This document shows positions 9,953-18,205 of a stretch of DNA of 40,653 nucleotides, in pieces. Each line of letters opens with the position of its first letter. The first letter of the stretch is position 1. The DNA is from an archaeon. Lineage in GTDB: Archaea > B1Sed10-29 > JAJSAI01. The stretch is from the NCBI GenBank assembly GCA_024274695.1, contig JAJSAI010000010.1, positions 1 through 40,653 of the forward strand, given 5' to 3'. The position numbers and the translations under genes are program-made. The notes under the pieces were generated by a model that did no database searches, was not told where the DNA came from, and saw only the letters and a list, made by a program, of their open reading frames with translations.

Positions 9953-10291
9953 GACAAGCTCCTGTTCCTGGAAGTCTCAGACGAGAACCCACCCCCAGAG
10001 TTCATAGGCTGGTGGATGATGAACTACGGAGAACAAGGGATACTGGACCAGGTTAACGGGATCCTGATCGGCAGGTGAAGAGGATACTCTCCAGAGCAAG
10101 AGAAAAAGATAGAAGAGGACATCGTGAGAGTGGTCGCGAAAGAGTACGGGAGGAACGACCTGACTATCATGGCAGGAATGGACTTCGGGCACACCGACCC
10201 CAAGTGGATCCTGCCCCTTGGAGTCAGGGCAAGAATAGACCCGAGAGAAAAAACGTTCAGGCTGCTCGAGAGCCCTGTGAGAAAAGCCTAG
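9953..10291 (+). pseudogene. C-terminal half of a peptidase S66 (LD-carboxypeptidase/MccF) gene with an internal TGA
   Basis: Hand translation DKLLFLEVSDENPPP...VNGILIGR*RGY...MDFGHTDPKWILPLG; TGA at 10076-10078; no start codon or N-terminal domain. Confidence 0.85.
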
Positions 10292-10881
10292 CCAAGGAGC
10301 CATTCAAGGGCCAGGCGCTCTGCCTCCTTCTCATCCTCAGGGAACATGAACAGCCTGTCCCCGACCTGATGGCACTGGGCGCGGTAGTCCTCTCGGACGA
10401 GTTTCACGTACTCTAGCTCGAGCGGTTTGACCCACTCGTCCTCTCCCCTCCAGACCCCGGAACGCTTTATCCTCTGCCAGAGCCTGCCGTCGTCAGGGTC
10501 TTCTATGAACAACGGCTTCACTGACTCCACTCCCCTGAAAACCTTTCGGACCAGGACCGGGTACAGGCTGACTCCCTCGAGCACGAGAGAATCGTACTCT
10601 TCAGCAGACTCCACGAAGGCCTTGACCCCTTTCATGGTCTCGCAAGCCACCTGGTACTCCATCCGCGCAACCTCCTCCGGGGAGTGAACAGAGTAGAATT
10701 CTTCAGGGGACCAGCCCTCGAACAAGAACAAGTCAGGATAATCTCTTCTCTCAAGCAGCCTTACCATCATTCCCCTGAGCGTGTCAGTGCTGACGAAGAG
10801 GATCCCGTGCCGCGCGAGCAAGCGCCTCGCGAACTCTGTCTTCCCGCTCCTGGGATGGCCTCCTATCAAGAGCACTCTCAT
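10288..10881 (-). CDS. P-loop kinase (2-phosphoglycerate kinase-like)
   Basis: MRVLLIGGHPRSGKT, STDTLR and LVLEG motifs. Confidence 0.8.
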   Translation of the reverse strand: MRVLLIGGHPRSGKTEFARRLLARHGILFVSTDTLRGMMVRLLERRDYPDLFLFEGWSPEEFYSVHSPEEVARMEYQVACETMKGVKAFVESAEEYDSLVLEGVSLYPVLVRKVFRGVESVKPLFIEDPDDGRLWQRIKRSGVWRGEDEWVKPLELEYVKLVREDYRAQCHQVGDRLFMFPEDEKEAERLALEWLLG

Positions 10882-10946
10882 CACAAGACCCCCTCTTCCC
10901 GACAAAAGCATAAAAATTTCGGACGTATAAAAAAGTTCGGTAAGGC

Positions 10947-11123
10947 ATGACCCCAAAGAAAACGATATACTTGAATCTCACCAGCCAGTGCAACCTCAAG
11001 TGCGAGGGAGGATGCCGGGAAATGGCCTACGAGTTCTACGGAGACCACAACGCGCCAGACCCCTTCTGTCCAGTACTGCACAAGGGAGAAGAATACTCTT
11101 ACCTGGACGCAAGGTTCTTGTGA
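10947..11123 (+). pseudogene. 58-aa radical SAM N-terminus fused to a SPASM C-terminus (internal deletion)
   Basis: MTPKKTIYLNLTSQCNLKC-EGGCREMAYEFYGDHNAPDPFCP...; not in the ORF track (under 60 aa). Confidence 0.75.
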
Positions 11124-11205
11124 GCGCTCTGGGGAAAAATCTGCAAAAAACTGAAGAGGAGGTCCAAAATTTTATTTATAGGAAAACCTAAAACAATATA
11201 TACGT

Positions 11206-11223
11206 GTAATACGCATGTATTAC
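11206..11223. promoter_or_regulatory. Inverted repeat GTAATAC-N4-GTATTAC, likely antitoxin operator
   Basis: Lies between the TATA-like AATATATA and the GGTGA SD of the RHH antitoxin gene. Confidence 0.65.
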
Positions 11224-11233
11224 GGGTGATTTT

Positions 11234-11458
11234 GTGGAAATAATTCAAGTAAGGGTTAATGACAAACTCGCGCAACTGCTTGACGCGGCCGTAAAGACTG
11301 GAATGTACTCAAACAGGTCAGAGGCGGTTCGGGACGCGATAAGAAAACTGTTCGCTCCCGAGCTTAAGGAGGAAGTGCTGGCGGAAATCGCCAAAAGAAG
11401 CAGCAGCAAAGAATTCGTGACACAAGAAGAAGTGGAGAAAGAGTTCGGGTTAGCATGA
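11234..11458 (+). CDS. Ribbon-helix-helix antitoxin
   Basis: IQVRV...LD..V..G.YSNRSEAVRDAIR; ATGA overlap with relE. Confidence 0.9.
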   Translation: MEIIQVRVNDKLAQLLDAAVKTGMYSNRSEAVRDAIRKLFAPELKEEVLAEIAKRSSSKEFVTQEEVEKEFGLA

Positions 11459-11721
11459 ATTTCAGGATTCAATGGCACAAAAAAGCCTTGAAGGAATTGC
11501 ATGAGATTCCTAGGAAAAACGCGGAGCAACTAATCCTAAAAGCAAAAGAACTTGCCAGCGATCCCATCAAAAGCTCTGCACCCTTGTCCGGATGCAAGCA
11601 CAGGAAGCTCAGGGCAGGGGATTACAGGGCCATCCTTGAAGTAATTCCCAAGAAAAGGCTCGTGAGAATCCTGAAAGTCAGCCACAGGAAAAACATTTAC
11701 AAGAAACTAAAAAAGTCTTAG
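11455..11721 (+). CDS. relE: RelE/ParE-family toxin
   Basis: A.KEL, RKLRAGDYRAI and HRKNIY motifs. Confidence 0.9.
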   Translation: MNFRIQWHKKALKELHEIPRKNAEQLILKAKELASDPIKSSAPLSGCKHRKLRAGDYRAILEVIPKKRLVRILKVSHRKNIYKKLKKS

Positions 11722-11947
11722 AAAAACCAAAAAAGTTTTTCCAAGCCCGGTTTTACCCGAATTGTGTCTTGCAATAATTTTAAGATACAAAGAGCAGGCC
11801 TCTTCCAGATCCTGCAACCCCCTGCTGACGGAGAGCATACTCTCTCACTCGTGTTCGCAAGAGTGGAACCGGTGATGGCCGGAACCCTGATCCTGTTCAA
11901 GCTCAAGTACGACTGCAACAATTTTTCAAATAATTTGCAAAAACGGT

Positions 11948-12394
11948 TTAGGAAAACCTATCGTAGCGTAAAATTAGATCCCAGTTGTTGAGAAACTTAT
12001 GCTTGTTCTTTTTATTCCTAAACTTAAAAAGCCCCCTAAGATCTGATTCAAAAATTGTTATCATATTGCTTTTACCGAGGGTAGTAAACTCTTTCCTCGG
12101 GAATACAAAAAATCCTAAGGGAACCTTTTCTGCACTGAAGGGTACGCACACAAAATAATCTGCAGATTTTTGCAATTCAGTAGTAACCCGGAACTGCCAG
12201 TGCACATACTCATAAATTTTTCCTTTTTTAATAGCTCTGTTCTTCGAGGGTAATGCTGACTTTACTTCTATTCTAACACCATTTTCGCCAATAAAATCAA
12301 CACCTAACCCATATACTCTTGAAACATAAAATCCTCTTCGAGCTAGTTCCAATTGTACCCACACTTCTCCGAGATATCCTATATCCTCCTTCAT
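11948..12394 (-). CDS. PD-(D/E)XK nuclease-family protein, AT-rich
   Basis: G..GE.....L...GF, VDF and IEVKS motifs; start taken at ATG 12394. Confidence 0.75.
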   Translation of the reverse strand: MKEDIGYLGEVWVQLELARRGFYVSRVYGLGVDFIGENGVRIEVKSALPSKNRAIKKGKIYEYVHWQFRVTTELQKSADYFVCVPFSAEKVPLGFFVFPRKEFTTLGKSNMITIFESDLRGLFKFRNKKNKHKFLNNWDLILRYDRFS

Positions 12395-12476
12395 GTAGCT
12401 TAATGAGAAGTAAAATAGATTAACAAAACATAACAAACTATATTGTGTTTAACAAAGTTTATTTTTGCAAAAAGAT

Positions 12477-12504
12477 ATTACTCTTAATGGCCCTTAAGCG
12501 AACT
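12477..12504. other. dif-like Xer recombination site ATTACTCTTAA-TGGCCC-TTAAGCGAACT
   Basis: 11-6-11 layout with TAA/TTA flanking the spacer; the right arm read on the minus strand is AGTTCGCTTAA (XerC-arm-like); 530 bp from the xer gene. Confidence 0.65.
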
Positions 12505-12505
12505 A

Positions 12506-12769
12506 TTATAGTCTCTTGTAAACCTCCTTCCTAGGGAGAATGCGCAGCAAAACAACCTTGTTTTCCTTGAAAAGCGCGTGATACACCAGCCTGTAACCGC
12601 CTATCCTTATCCTGAAAAGATTCTGGTATCCCTTAAGCTTCCGGATGTGCTTGGAAGGAAAAAAGGTTTGTGAAAAATTATTGCATAACTCGCGTACTTT
12701 GTTTCGTGTCTCTGGATCCAAGGATCTAAAGTCTTTTTCAAAAGAAGGAGTAAAAAGCACTTTAGGCAT
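12506..12769 (-). CDS. relE: RelE/ParE-family toxin
   Basis: F.KD...L, KLKG, FRIRIGGYRLVY and RKEVY motifs. Confidence 0.93.
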   Translation of the reverse strand: MPKVLFTPSFEKDFRSLDPETRNKVRELCNNFSQTFFPSKHIRKLKGYQNLFRIRIGGYRLVYHALFKENKVVLLRILPRKEVYKRL

Positions 12770-12772
12770 GAC

Positions 12773-12952
12773 TCACAACTCTGAAAACTTTTTGAGCTTT
12801 CCTTCTGACTCTTCTTTCAAAGCCTCCTCCACCAGCCTTTTTTCTTCTGCAGAAAGCCCTTCTTCTGGCAACAGCAGCGCCTTTATTTCTTCCACTTCTT
12901 GCCTGAGACTCAACAGCTCAGAATAGACCTTTTCCAGAGTAACGGATTCCAT
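12773..12952 (-). CDS. 59-aa acidic antitoxin (archaeal RelB-like)
   Basis: Hand translation MESVTLEKVYSELLSLRQEVEEIKALLLPEEGLSAEEKRLVEEALKEESEGKLKKFSEL; TTAAATAA box upstream; directly precedes relE. Confidence 0.85.
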   Translation of the reverse strand: MESVTLEKVYSELLSLRQEVEEIKALLLPEEGLSAEEKRLVEEALKEESEGKLKKFSEL

Positions 12953-12994
12953 GAATAATATTTGGCCGTGCAGAGTTTATTTAAGTTTTGTATG

Positions 12995-13011
12995 TTAAGC
13001 GAACTCTTATA
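12995..13011 (+). repeat. Second copy of TTAAGCGAACT(A/C)TTATA (16/17 identical to 12494-12510), overlapping the xer TATA box
   Basis: Direct comparison of the two positions. Confidence 0.85.
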
Positions 13012-13036
13012 TACCTGGAATCCCTGCTTTTAGGCG

Positions 13037-13870
13037 ATGAACCCTGGCCCTAGCGTGGAAAAAGAACTGGAAAAACTCAGGGCAGAGCTAAGACTCAGCG
13101 GATTCAGCCAGAACACGGTCGAAACCTACTCCATCCTAGTCAAGGAGTTCCTGCTCAGCACGAGAAAAAACCCAGCAGAGCTGGACGAACAAGACCTTAA
13201 AAAATTTTTGCTACAACTGCTTGACTCGGGTAGGAAAAAAACTACTGCCAACCTGGCCAGGGCAGCGCTCGTGTTCTACTACAGGAACGTGCTCGGGAAG
13301 CAGGTTGAGGTCAAGAGCATAAAAACAGAAAAAAAGATCCCTGAAGTGCTTACCCCGGAAGAGGTTAAAAAATTATTGCAGGCGTGTGACAATCCCTTGC
13401 ACGAGCTGATAATAGAGTTCTTGTACTCTACTGGGGTCAGGCTAAGCGAGCTCGTGAACATGAAAATCAAGGACATTGACTGGCAGGAAGGAATGGGCTG
13501 GGTGAGAGGAGGCAAGGGAGCCAAGGACAGGAGAATCATCCTTTCCAAAAAACTCTTGGAAAAACTAAAAGATTTTGTGAAAGGCAGGAACCCCGACGAG
13601 TACCTGTTCCCAGGAAGAACAGGAGGCAGGATGAACAAGAGGAACGTTCAAAAAATTGTTGCAAGAGCAGCGAGGAAGGCTGGGATCACGAAGAACGTGC
13701 ACCCCCACACGCTTCGCCACTCGTTTGCAACGCACCTGCTGCAAGAGGGCACGGACATCCGAATAATCCAAGAGCTGCTGGGCCACTCGAACCTGAACAC
13801 CACCCAGATCTACACTCACGTGAGCACCCAGGACCTCAAGAAAATCAGGAACCCGCTGGACGAGTTATGA
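13037..13870 (+). CDS. xerA: Xer-family tyrosine recombinase
   Basis: Integrase N-terminal SAM-like domain; TGVRLSEL, GKGAK, HTLRHSFATH, LGH and TQIY catalytic motifs. Confidence 0.93.
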   Translation: MNPGPSVEKELEKLRAELRLSGFSQNTVETYSILVKEFLLSTRKNPAELDEQDLKKFLLQLLDSGRKKTTANLARAALVFYYRNVLGKQVEVKSIKTEKKIPEVLTPEEVKKLLQACDNPLHELIIEFLYSTGVRLSELVNMKIKDIDWQEGMGWVRGGKGAKDRRIILSKKLLEKLKDFVKGRNPDEYLFPGRTGGRMNKRNVQKIVARAARKAGITKNVHPHTLRHSFATHLLQEGTDIRIIQELLGHSNLNTTQIYTHVSTQDLKKIRNPLDEL

Positions 13871-13921
13871 GCATACCAATATTAAACGCGCAGAACAAGA
13901 ATATAATAGGAAGGGAGAATC

Positions 13922-14697
13922 ATGAAACCGAAAAAACGCAAGAAATTCTGGGAATGGTACAAGAAAACAGTGTTCGGCAGAGAAGAAAAGAAAGAAGCCC
14001 TGCGGGCCGCGGTCAAAAAAGCAAGAGGAGAAAAGCTCTCGCCAGAAGAAGAAAAGCTGATCAAAAAGTACAGGATAGAACACCAGCTCAGCCTGCCCGT
14101 GGGAATCAAAGGACGGCTCGGACTAGCTCACGCCACATGGTCTTATCCTGGAAGGCACGCGGACGTTGCAGAAGAGATTAAGAAAATAGCAAAGCGCAGG
14201 AAGAAAATCGTGATCAACGACGTGGGCTACGGAGAGCTCGCGATCCCGGAAAAAGGAGAAAAAAGCTGGGCCCCGCAGTTCCTGGACATAAAAAAAGCGC
14301 TTGAAGAAGCAGGAGTAGAATACCAGTACAACGGGTACGTTTACGAGCCCGAAAGGGCCAAAATAACCCAGGAGAGCATTCCAGAAAAAGAAAGGGAAAA
14401 GCACAGGTTCGCTGCCCTGGACATAGTCAACACCGTGCCCGCCCAACAGGCTGACGTGACAGTGTTCCTGCACGTCTCAGAATACCTGCCGCCGCACGAG
14501 ACAAAAGCAGCATTCGCTAACCTGCTCTCCGCGACCAAAAAAGGAGGATACATAATCACTGACATCCCGCTAAACACCTGCCCAAGGAACTGTCAGAATA
14601 CTACGAGATCGTCAAGAAGATCGGGAGAGAAAAGTACGTTATCCGGAAAAAGAAAGAAATAGAATGGGACAAGATCGCGGGAGAAAAGAAAAAATGA
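13922..14697 (+). CDS. Lys-rich SAM-dependent methyltransferase-fold protein with an apparent 1-nt frameshift near 14572
   Basis: INDVGYG, LDI, ADV..FLHVSEYL and TKKGGYII motifs; the alternative-frame tail HLPKELSEYYEIVKK...KKK* ends in an ATGA overlap with the next gene. Confidence 0.6.
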
Positions 14698-15629
14698 ACT
14701 ACTCAGAATTATTTGACTGGATCTCGCAGGACATCCGAGCACACTACGCGCGTTTGTGTTACAGGCAAAAAGAATTCCAGGAATTCCTGCAAGAAAGGGA
14801 TAATGTCTCGAGCGCGAAAACCGCAGGAGAGTTCTCTGAAAAACTGAACAAGACCCTCTGGAAACTCAGGGACAACCACATCCGGGTGAGGCTCACTAAC
14901 GGGAAGACACTTAAAGGATACCCTAGAGAACTAAAACCGAACTACTCCTGGGAGTACTGTGCGCGTTTGTTCAAAACAAAGCCTGACAGAGTAAAACACG
15001 CCACCCTATTATACAAGAGAATCAACAGCAAAACACTTTATCTCTTAATAAACTCATTCTCGAAAAACAGGATTAACACGTTCATGAGAGAAGCCCCAAA
15101 ACTAAGAGAGAAGCTTGGAATTACGGAGAACGTGATAATAGACGTAAGGCCCAACCAAGGAGGATCAGACAAAACAGGCTCTCTAATCTGGTCCCTGTTC
15201 TTGCCTAAAGGAGAAAAAAAGCTCGCGAGAGTACTAAAATACCGGGCAAACCCCCGTGATCCAAATGAGTTCTACGAGTACGAAGACTACATACACGGGA
15301 CAGAAGAAAAAGCACTTAAACCGAAGAAACTCCTGGTTTTATGCGGCCAACAAACTGAAAGCTCTGCCGAAGGATTCGTTCTCAGGATGAAGGCAATCGG
15401 AGCAACAGTCCTCGGAGACAGAACAGGAGGAACAAGCGGGAGGCCCTTACCACACGTTTTCGGACCAGTAGAAGTAGATATTCCAAGCTGGATACCCTGC
15501 GAATCAGACAGGACACCAATATTTGACAGAGGAGTGCAACCCCACATAAAAATAGACCCAGAAAAAGCCCCAACCACCCCAGAGGAAGACCCAACACTGG
15601 AAAAGGCGCTTGAGACCACAGGGAGATGA
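14694..15629 (+). CDS. Peptidase S41 family protein
   Basis: L.DNH, IIDVRPNQGG, TESSAE, LGDRTGG and GVQP motifs; start MNYSELF. Confidence 0.88.
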   Translation: MNYSELFDWISQDIRAHYARLCYRQKEFQEFLQERDNVSSAKTAGEFSEKLNKTLWKLRDNHIRVRLTNGKTLKGYPRELKPNYSWEYCARLFKTKPDRVKHATLLYKRINSKTLYLLINSFSKNRINTFMREAPKLREKLGITENVIIDVRPNQGGSDKTGSLIWSLFLPKGEKKLARVLKYRANPRDPNEFYEYEDYIHGTEEKALKPKKLLVLCGQQTESSAEGFVLRMKAIGATVLGDRTGGTSGRPLPHVFGPVEVDIPSWIPCESDRTPIFDRGVQPHIKIDPEKAPTTPEEDPTLEKALETTGR

Positions 15630-15636
15630 AACGAGC

Positions 15637-16278
15637 ATGATAAAAGAATACAACCAACTTGAGGAAAAAGACTGGAAAAGGATAAAGAGCGCGCTGGCAA
15701 TAACCAATGGAAAAGCGCTAGTCCTGGTGCACCCGTTCTACGCGACAGGGTCCAAGGCAGAAATGAAAAAACTGAAAGAAGTAAAAGGACAGGACGTGCT
15801 GGACTACTTGTTCGAACTAAAAAAAGAACTCAAGCAATGGAACGGACCGGTCTTTGTCATGGTGGAAGAAGACAAGATACCTGCAATGAAGGAAATACTC
15901 AAGCACGAGAAAAAAGACGTGATAATAGTGCCCACTGAACCCGGGACCCCCACCCCTCACGGGGTAGACCCCGGCAGGGAATGGAAGGCGTTCCTGGAAA
16001 GGCTCAAGAGAGAGGGACTGAAAAAAGTGTTCCTGGGAGGAGAACTGTACTATAAAGCAGAAGCAGGAGAGACAGGGTGCGTGAGCGGGGCCAGGCGGCT
16101 GTGGTCAAAAGAAATCGCGTTCGAGAAAATAGGTCTCGTGAGAAACCCGCGCACTGGAGGGGTAAAGCCTGCGTGGGTTCCTGAGCACGAGATCGGGAGG
16201 ACCGGGATAGAAACAGAAATAAAAGAAAACATCACGTTCCCGGGAAAAAGGCTTACTAAAAAGAGGAGGAGAAGATGA
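15637..16278 (+). CDS. Hypothetical protein, possibly cysteine-hydrolase-like, with an Arg/Lys-rich C-terminus
   Basis: VLVHPFY, LGGE and GCV motifs; ends KRLTKKRRRR. Confidence 0.55.
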   Translation: MIKEYNQLEEKDWKRIKSALAITNGKALVLVHPFYATGSKAEMKKLKEVKGQDVLDYLFELKKELKQWNGPVFVMVEEDKIPAMKEILKHEKKDVIIVPTEPGTPTPHGVDPGREWKAFLERLKREGLKKVFLGGELYYKAEAGETGCVSGARRLWSKEIAFEKIGLVRNPRTGGVKPAWVPEHEIGRTGIETEIKENITFPGKRLTKKRRRR

Positions 16279-17150
16279 AGAAAAAAAGAAAACCGAAAGT
16301 GGTGGTCGTACTAGAAGCCCACACTCCCGGACAACGGGAAAAAGTAGTGAAACTGCTCAAGGAAAAAGGAGCCAGAAGAGTGGTCCTGGAAGCAACAAAA
16401 GAAGAACTTGAAACAGGAACCAACGTACACTACCATAAGATAGCGAAAGCGCTTGAAAAAGAGGGAATAAAAGTGATACCAGGAGACGCGCCAATAGACG
16501 TAAGCCCTATGATGGAAGTGGAAGAATTCGCAAAGAAAATGCTTGAAGAAAGAGAAAAGAAAATGGCCGACGCGGCAGTCAGGGCGGCGGAAGAGGAAAA
16601 AGAACAAGTTTACCTAGTGATCGGCGCAGGCCACTCCGGAGTAGTACAAGAACTCAAGAGGAAGGGCGCGGAAGTAAAAGTCGTGAGAACCACCGGAAAA
16701 ACGACATACGAGCCCGGAGCCCAGCTGGCAAGATTCTTCAGGTTCAGGGTACACGAGAGGTACCTGCCAGAAGAAGTTGACCTGATAGCCAGAATCCTTC
16801 AAGAAAAAGCAAGAATCCTAGAGGAAGCGCTTGACATGACAGGAGCACGGCCACAGAAAATGAAGGGAGAAATGACTGACGAGTCAGTAAAAAAGTACAA
16901 CAAGCTCCTTGAGATCCTGGCCAAAGAAGGACAGCTAACGTATCCTGCCAAGAAAATAAGAGAAAAACGGAAAGAACTGGACTCTCTCCTTGAAAAACAG
17001 GATCCGGAGTACAAGAGGATAAAGGAAGAAGCGCGGAGAAAAACAAAAACAGAAGAAAAAGCGGTCCTGCTCGCACTGCAGGAGTACAGAAAACTAAAGG
17101 AAAAAGAGTACGAGAAGGCGTTCGAAAAAGTCTATTCTGACCTAATGTGA
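16275..17150 (+). CDS. Lys/Glu-rich protein with a TraB/Tiki/ChaN-like fold
   Basis: LEAH, VVLE, RE..M and VIGAGH motifs followed by a helical tail. Confidence 0.55.
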   Translation: MKKKRKPKVVVVLEAHTPGQREKVVKLLKEKGARRVVLEATKEELETGTNVHYHKIAKALEKEGIKVIPGDAPIDVSPMMEVEEFAKKMLEEREKKMADAAVRAAEEEKEQVYLVIGAGHSGVVQELKRKGAEVKVVRTTGKTTYEPGAQLARFFRFRVHERYLPEEVDLIARILQEKARILEEALDMTGARPQKMKGEMTDESVKKYNKLLEILAKEGQLTYPAKKIREKRKELDSLLEKQDPEYKRIKEEARRKTKTEEKAVLLALQEYRKLKEKEYEKAFEKVYSDLM

Positions 17151-17152
17151 AA

Positions 17153-17692
17153 TCATTCCACGGAGTCAAGCTTTTTCAGGTTAAGCTCAAGATAACCGCC
17201 ACCCGGCTTCTTGTACACTCCCCCTCCAATGACCCTCGTTTTTTCAGGGATCTCAGGCAGTCCTGCCAGGTACTTCACCATCTTTATCGCATGCCGCCCG
17301 GGACCGAAGGCGTTCGGTACGTTATCGTAAACCTCAAAACCGAGATCAGAAAAGGTCTTTAGCATGTTTGGAGCCCTTTCAGGAACCAGCACGTACAGCT
17401 TCTGGCAGGGAATGTAATCAAACGCCTCCTTCAGGAACACGCCCTCTATCTTACCCCTGAGTCGCTTAATAACCGAAAGCATGTCAATGCTCGCTTCATC
17501 CCCTTTCACTCTGACTATCATAAAGCCCACAGGTTCTCCCTCGTCCTCCGCGAGCAGAATAACGTTCGTTCCCTTCATGATCCAGTCAATCAAAGGATAC
17601 CTTGACAACGGCTTCAGACTCTTCCTCCCATCCTTCCTGTGAACAGTTTCAAGAGCCTCAAGGTCGTCAAGAGTCGCTTTTCTCACCCTCAC
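17153..17692 (-). CDS. GNAT-family acetyltransferase
   Basis: VRKAT.DDL, EPVGF, LSV, LGFEV...PNAFG motifs; GTG start after GGAGGGTG. Confidence 0.8.
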   Translation of the reverse strand: MRVRKATLDDLEALETVHRKDGRKSLKPLSRYPLIDWIMKGTNVILLAEDEGEPVGFMIVRVKGDEASIDMLSVIKRLRGKIEGVFLKEAFDYIPCQKLYVLVPERAPNMLKTFSDLGFEVYDNVPNAFGPGRHAIKMVKYLAGLPEIPEKTRVIGGGVYKKPGGGYLELNLKKLDSVE

Positions 17693-18005
17693 CCGGAACA
17701 CCCTCCAAAACATTATTAGAGTTTCCAACACTTTTTTTCTGGGAGAGTAACTCACTGGCTTCTTCTAAAATTTTTGCAATCCTCTTGCCCTTGCTCGTGA
17801 GTCTGACCGTCCTTATTCTGCCCACTTGTTCTGTGCGTATTAATCCCACACTCTCAAATTCTTTCAGAATTTTTAGCATGTGAGGATATGTGGTGTCAGT
17901 GTGCTTGCACAAGACATTGGCATACCACACTCGCGAGTCGTCATTCAAAGAAATAAGCGTACGGAAAGGCTTTTCCTTAAAAATTATCATGTCTTTTTCA
18001 GGCAT
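17667..18005 (-). CDS. MarR-like winged-helix DNA-binding protein
   Basis: TTYPHMLKILKEFESVGLI....GR...VRLTSKG..IA; start MPEKD. Confidence 0.85.
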   Translation of the reverse strand: MPEKDMIIFKEKPFRTLISLNDDSRVWYANVLCKHTDTTYPHMLKILKEFESVGLIRTEQVGRIRTVRLTSKGKRIAKILEEASELLSQKKSVGNSNNVLEGVPGEGEKSDS

Positions 18006-18205
18006 CTTTCTCCCCACTATCTTCGAATTCTTACGCGCATTTTGTGTGCATTCATCCGCACAAAACAAAAAGAAAACAATATATTTAAACGTTTCGGTTT
18101 CATGCAATCCATCAGAAAATATATCTTGAATAATATAAACAATAAAAAATAAAGTTAATTATAGGAAGTGAAACATCAGAAGTATTAACTTTTGTTTATA
18201 CTCAC

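Noticed and set aside
10076-10078. Stop-codon recoding (TGA) in the S66 fragment
   Set aside because: TGA ends many intact genes here and the fragment is also 5'-truncated, so pseudogenisation is the simpler explanation.
11869-11882. Fluoride riboswitch suggested by GGTGATGG
   Set aside because: The rest of the consensus is not evident and no fluoride-related gene follows.
13037-13870. Integron integrase IntI
   Set aside because: It lacks the IntI-specific insertion between YLFP and the HxLRH box, and the downstream genes overlap with no room for attC sites.
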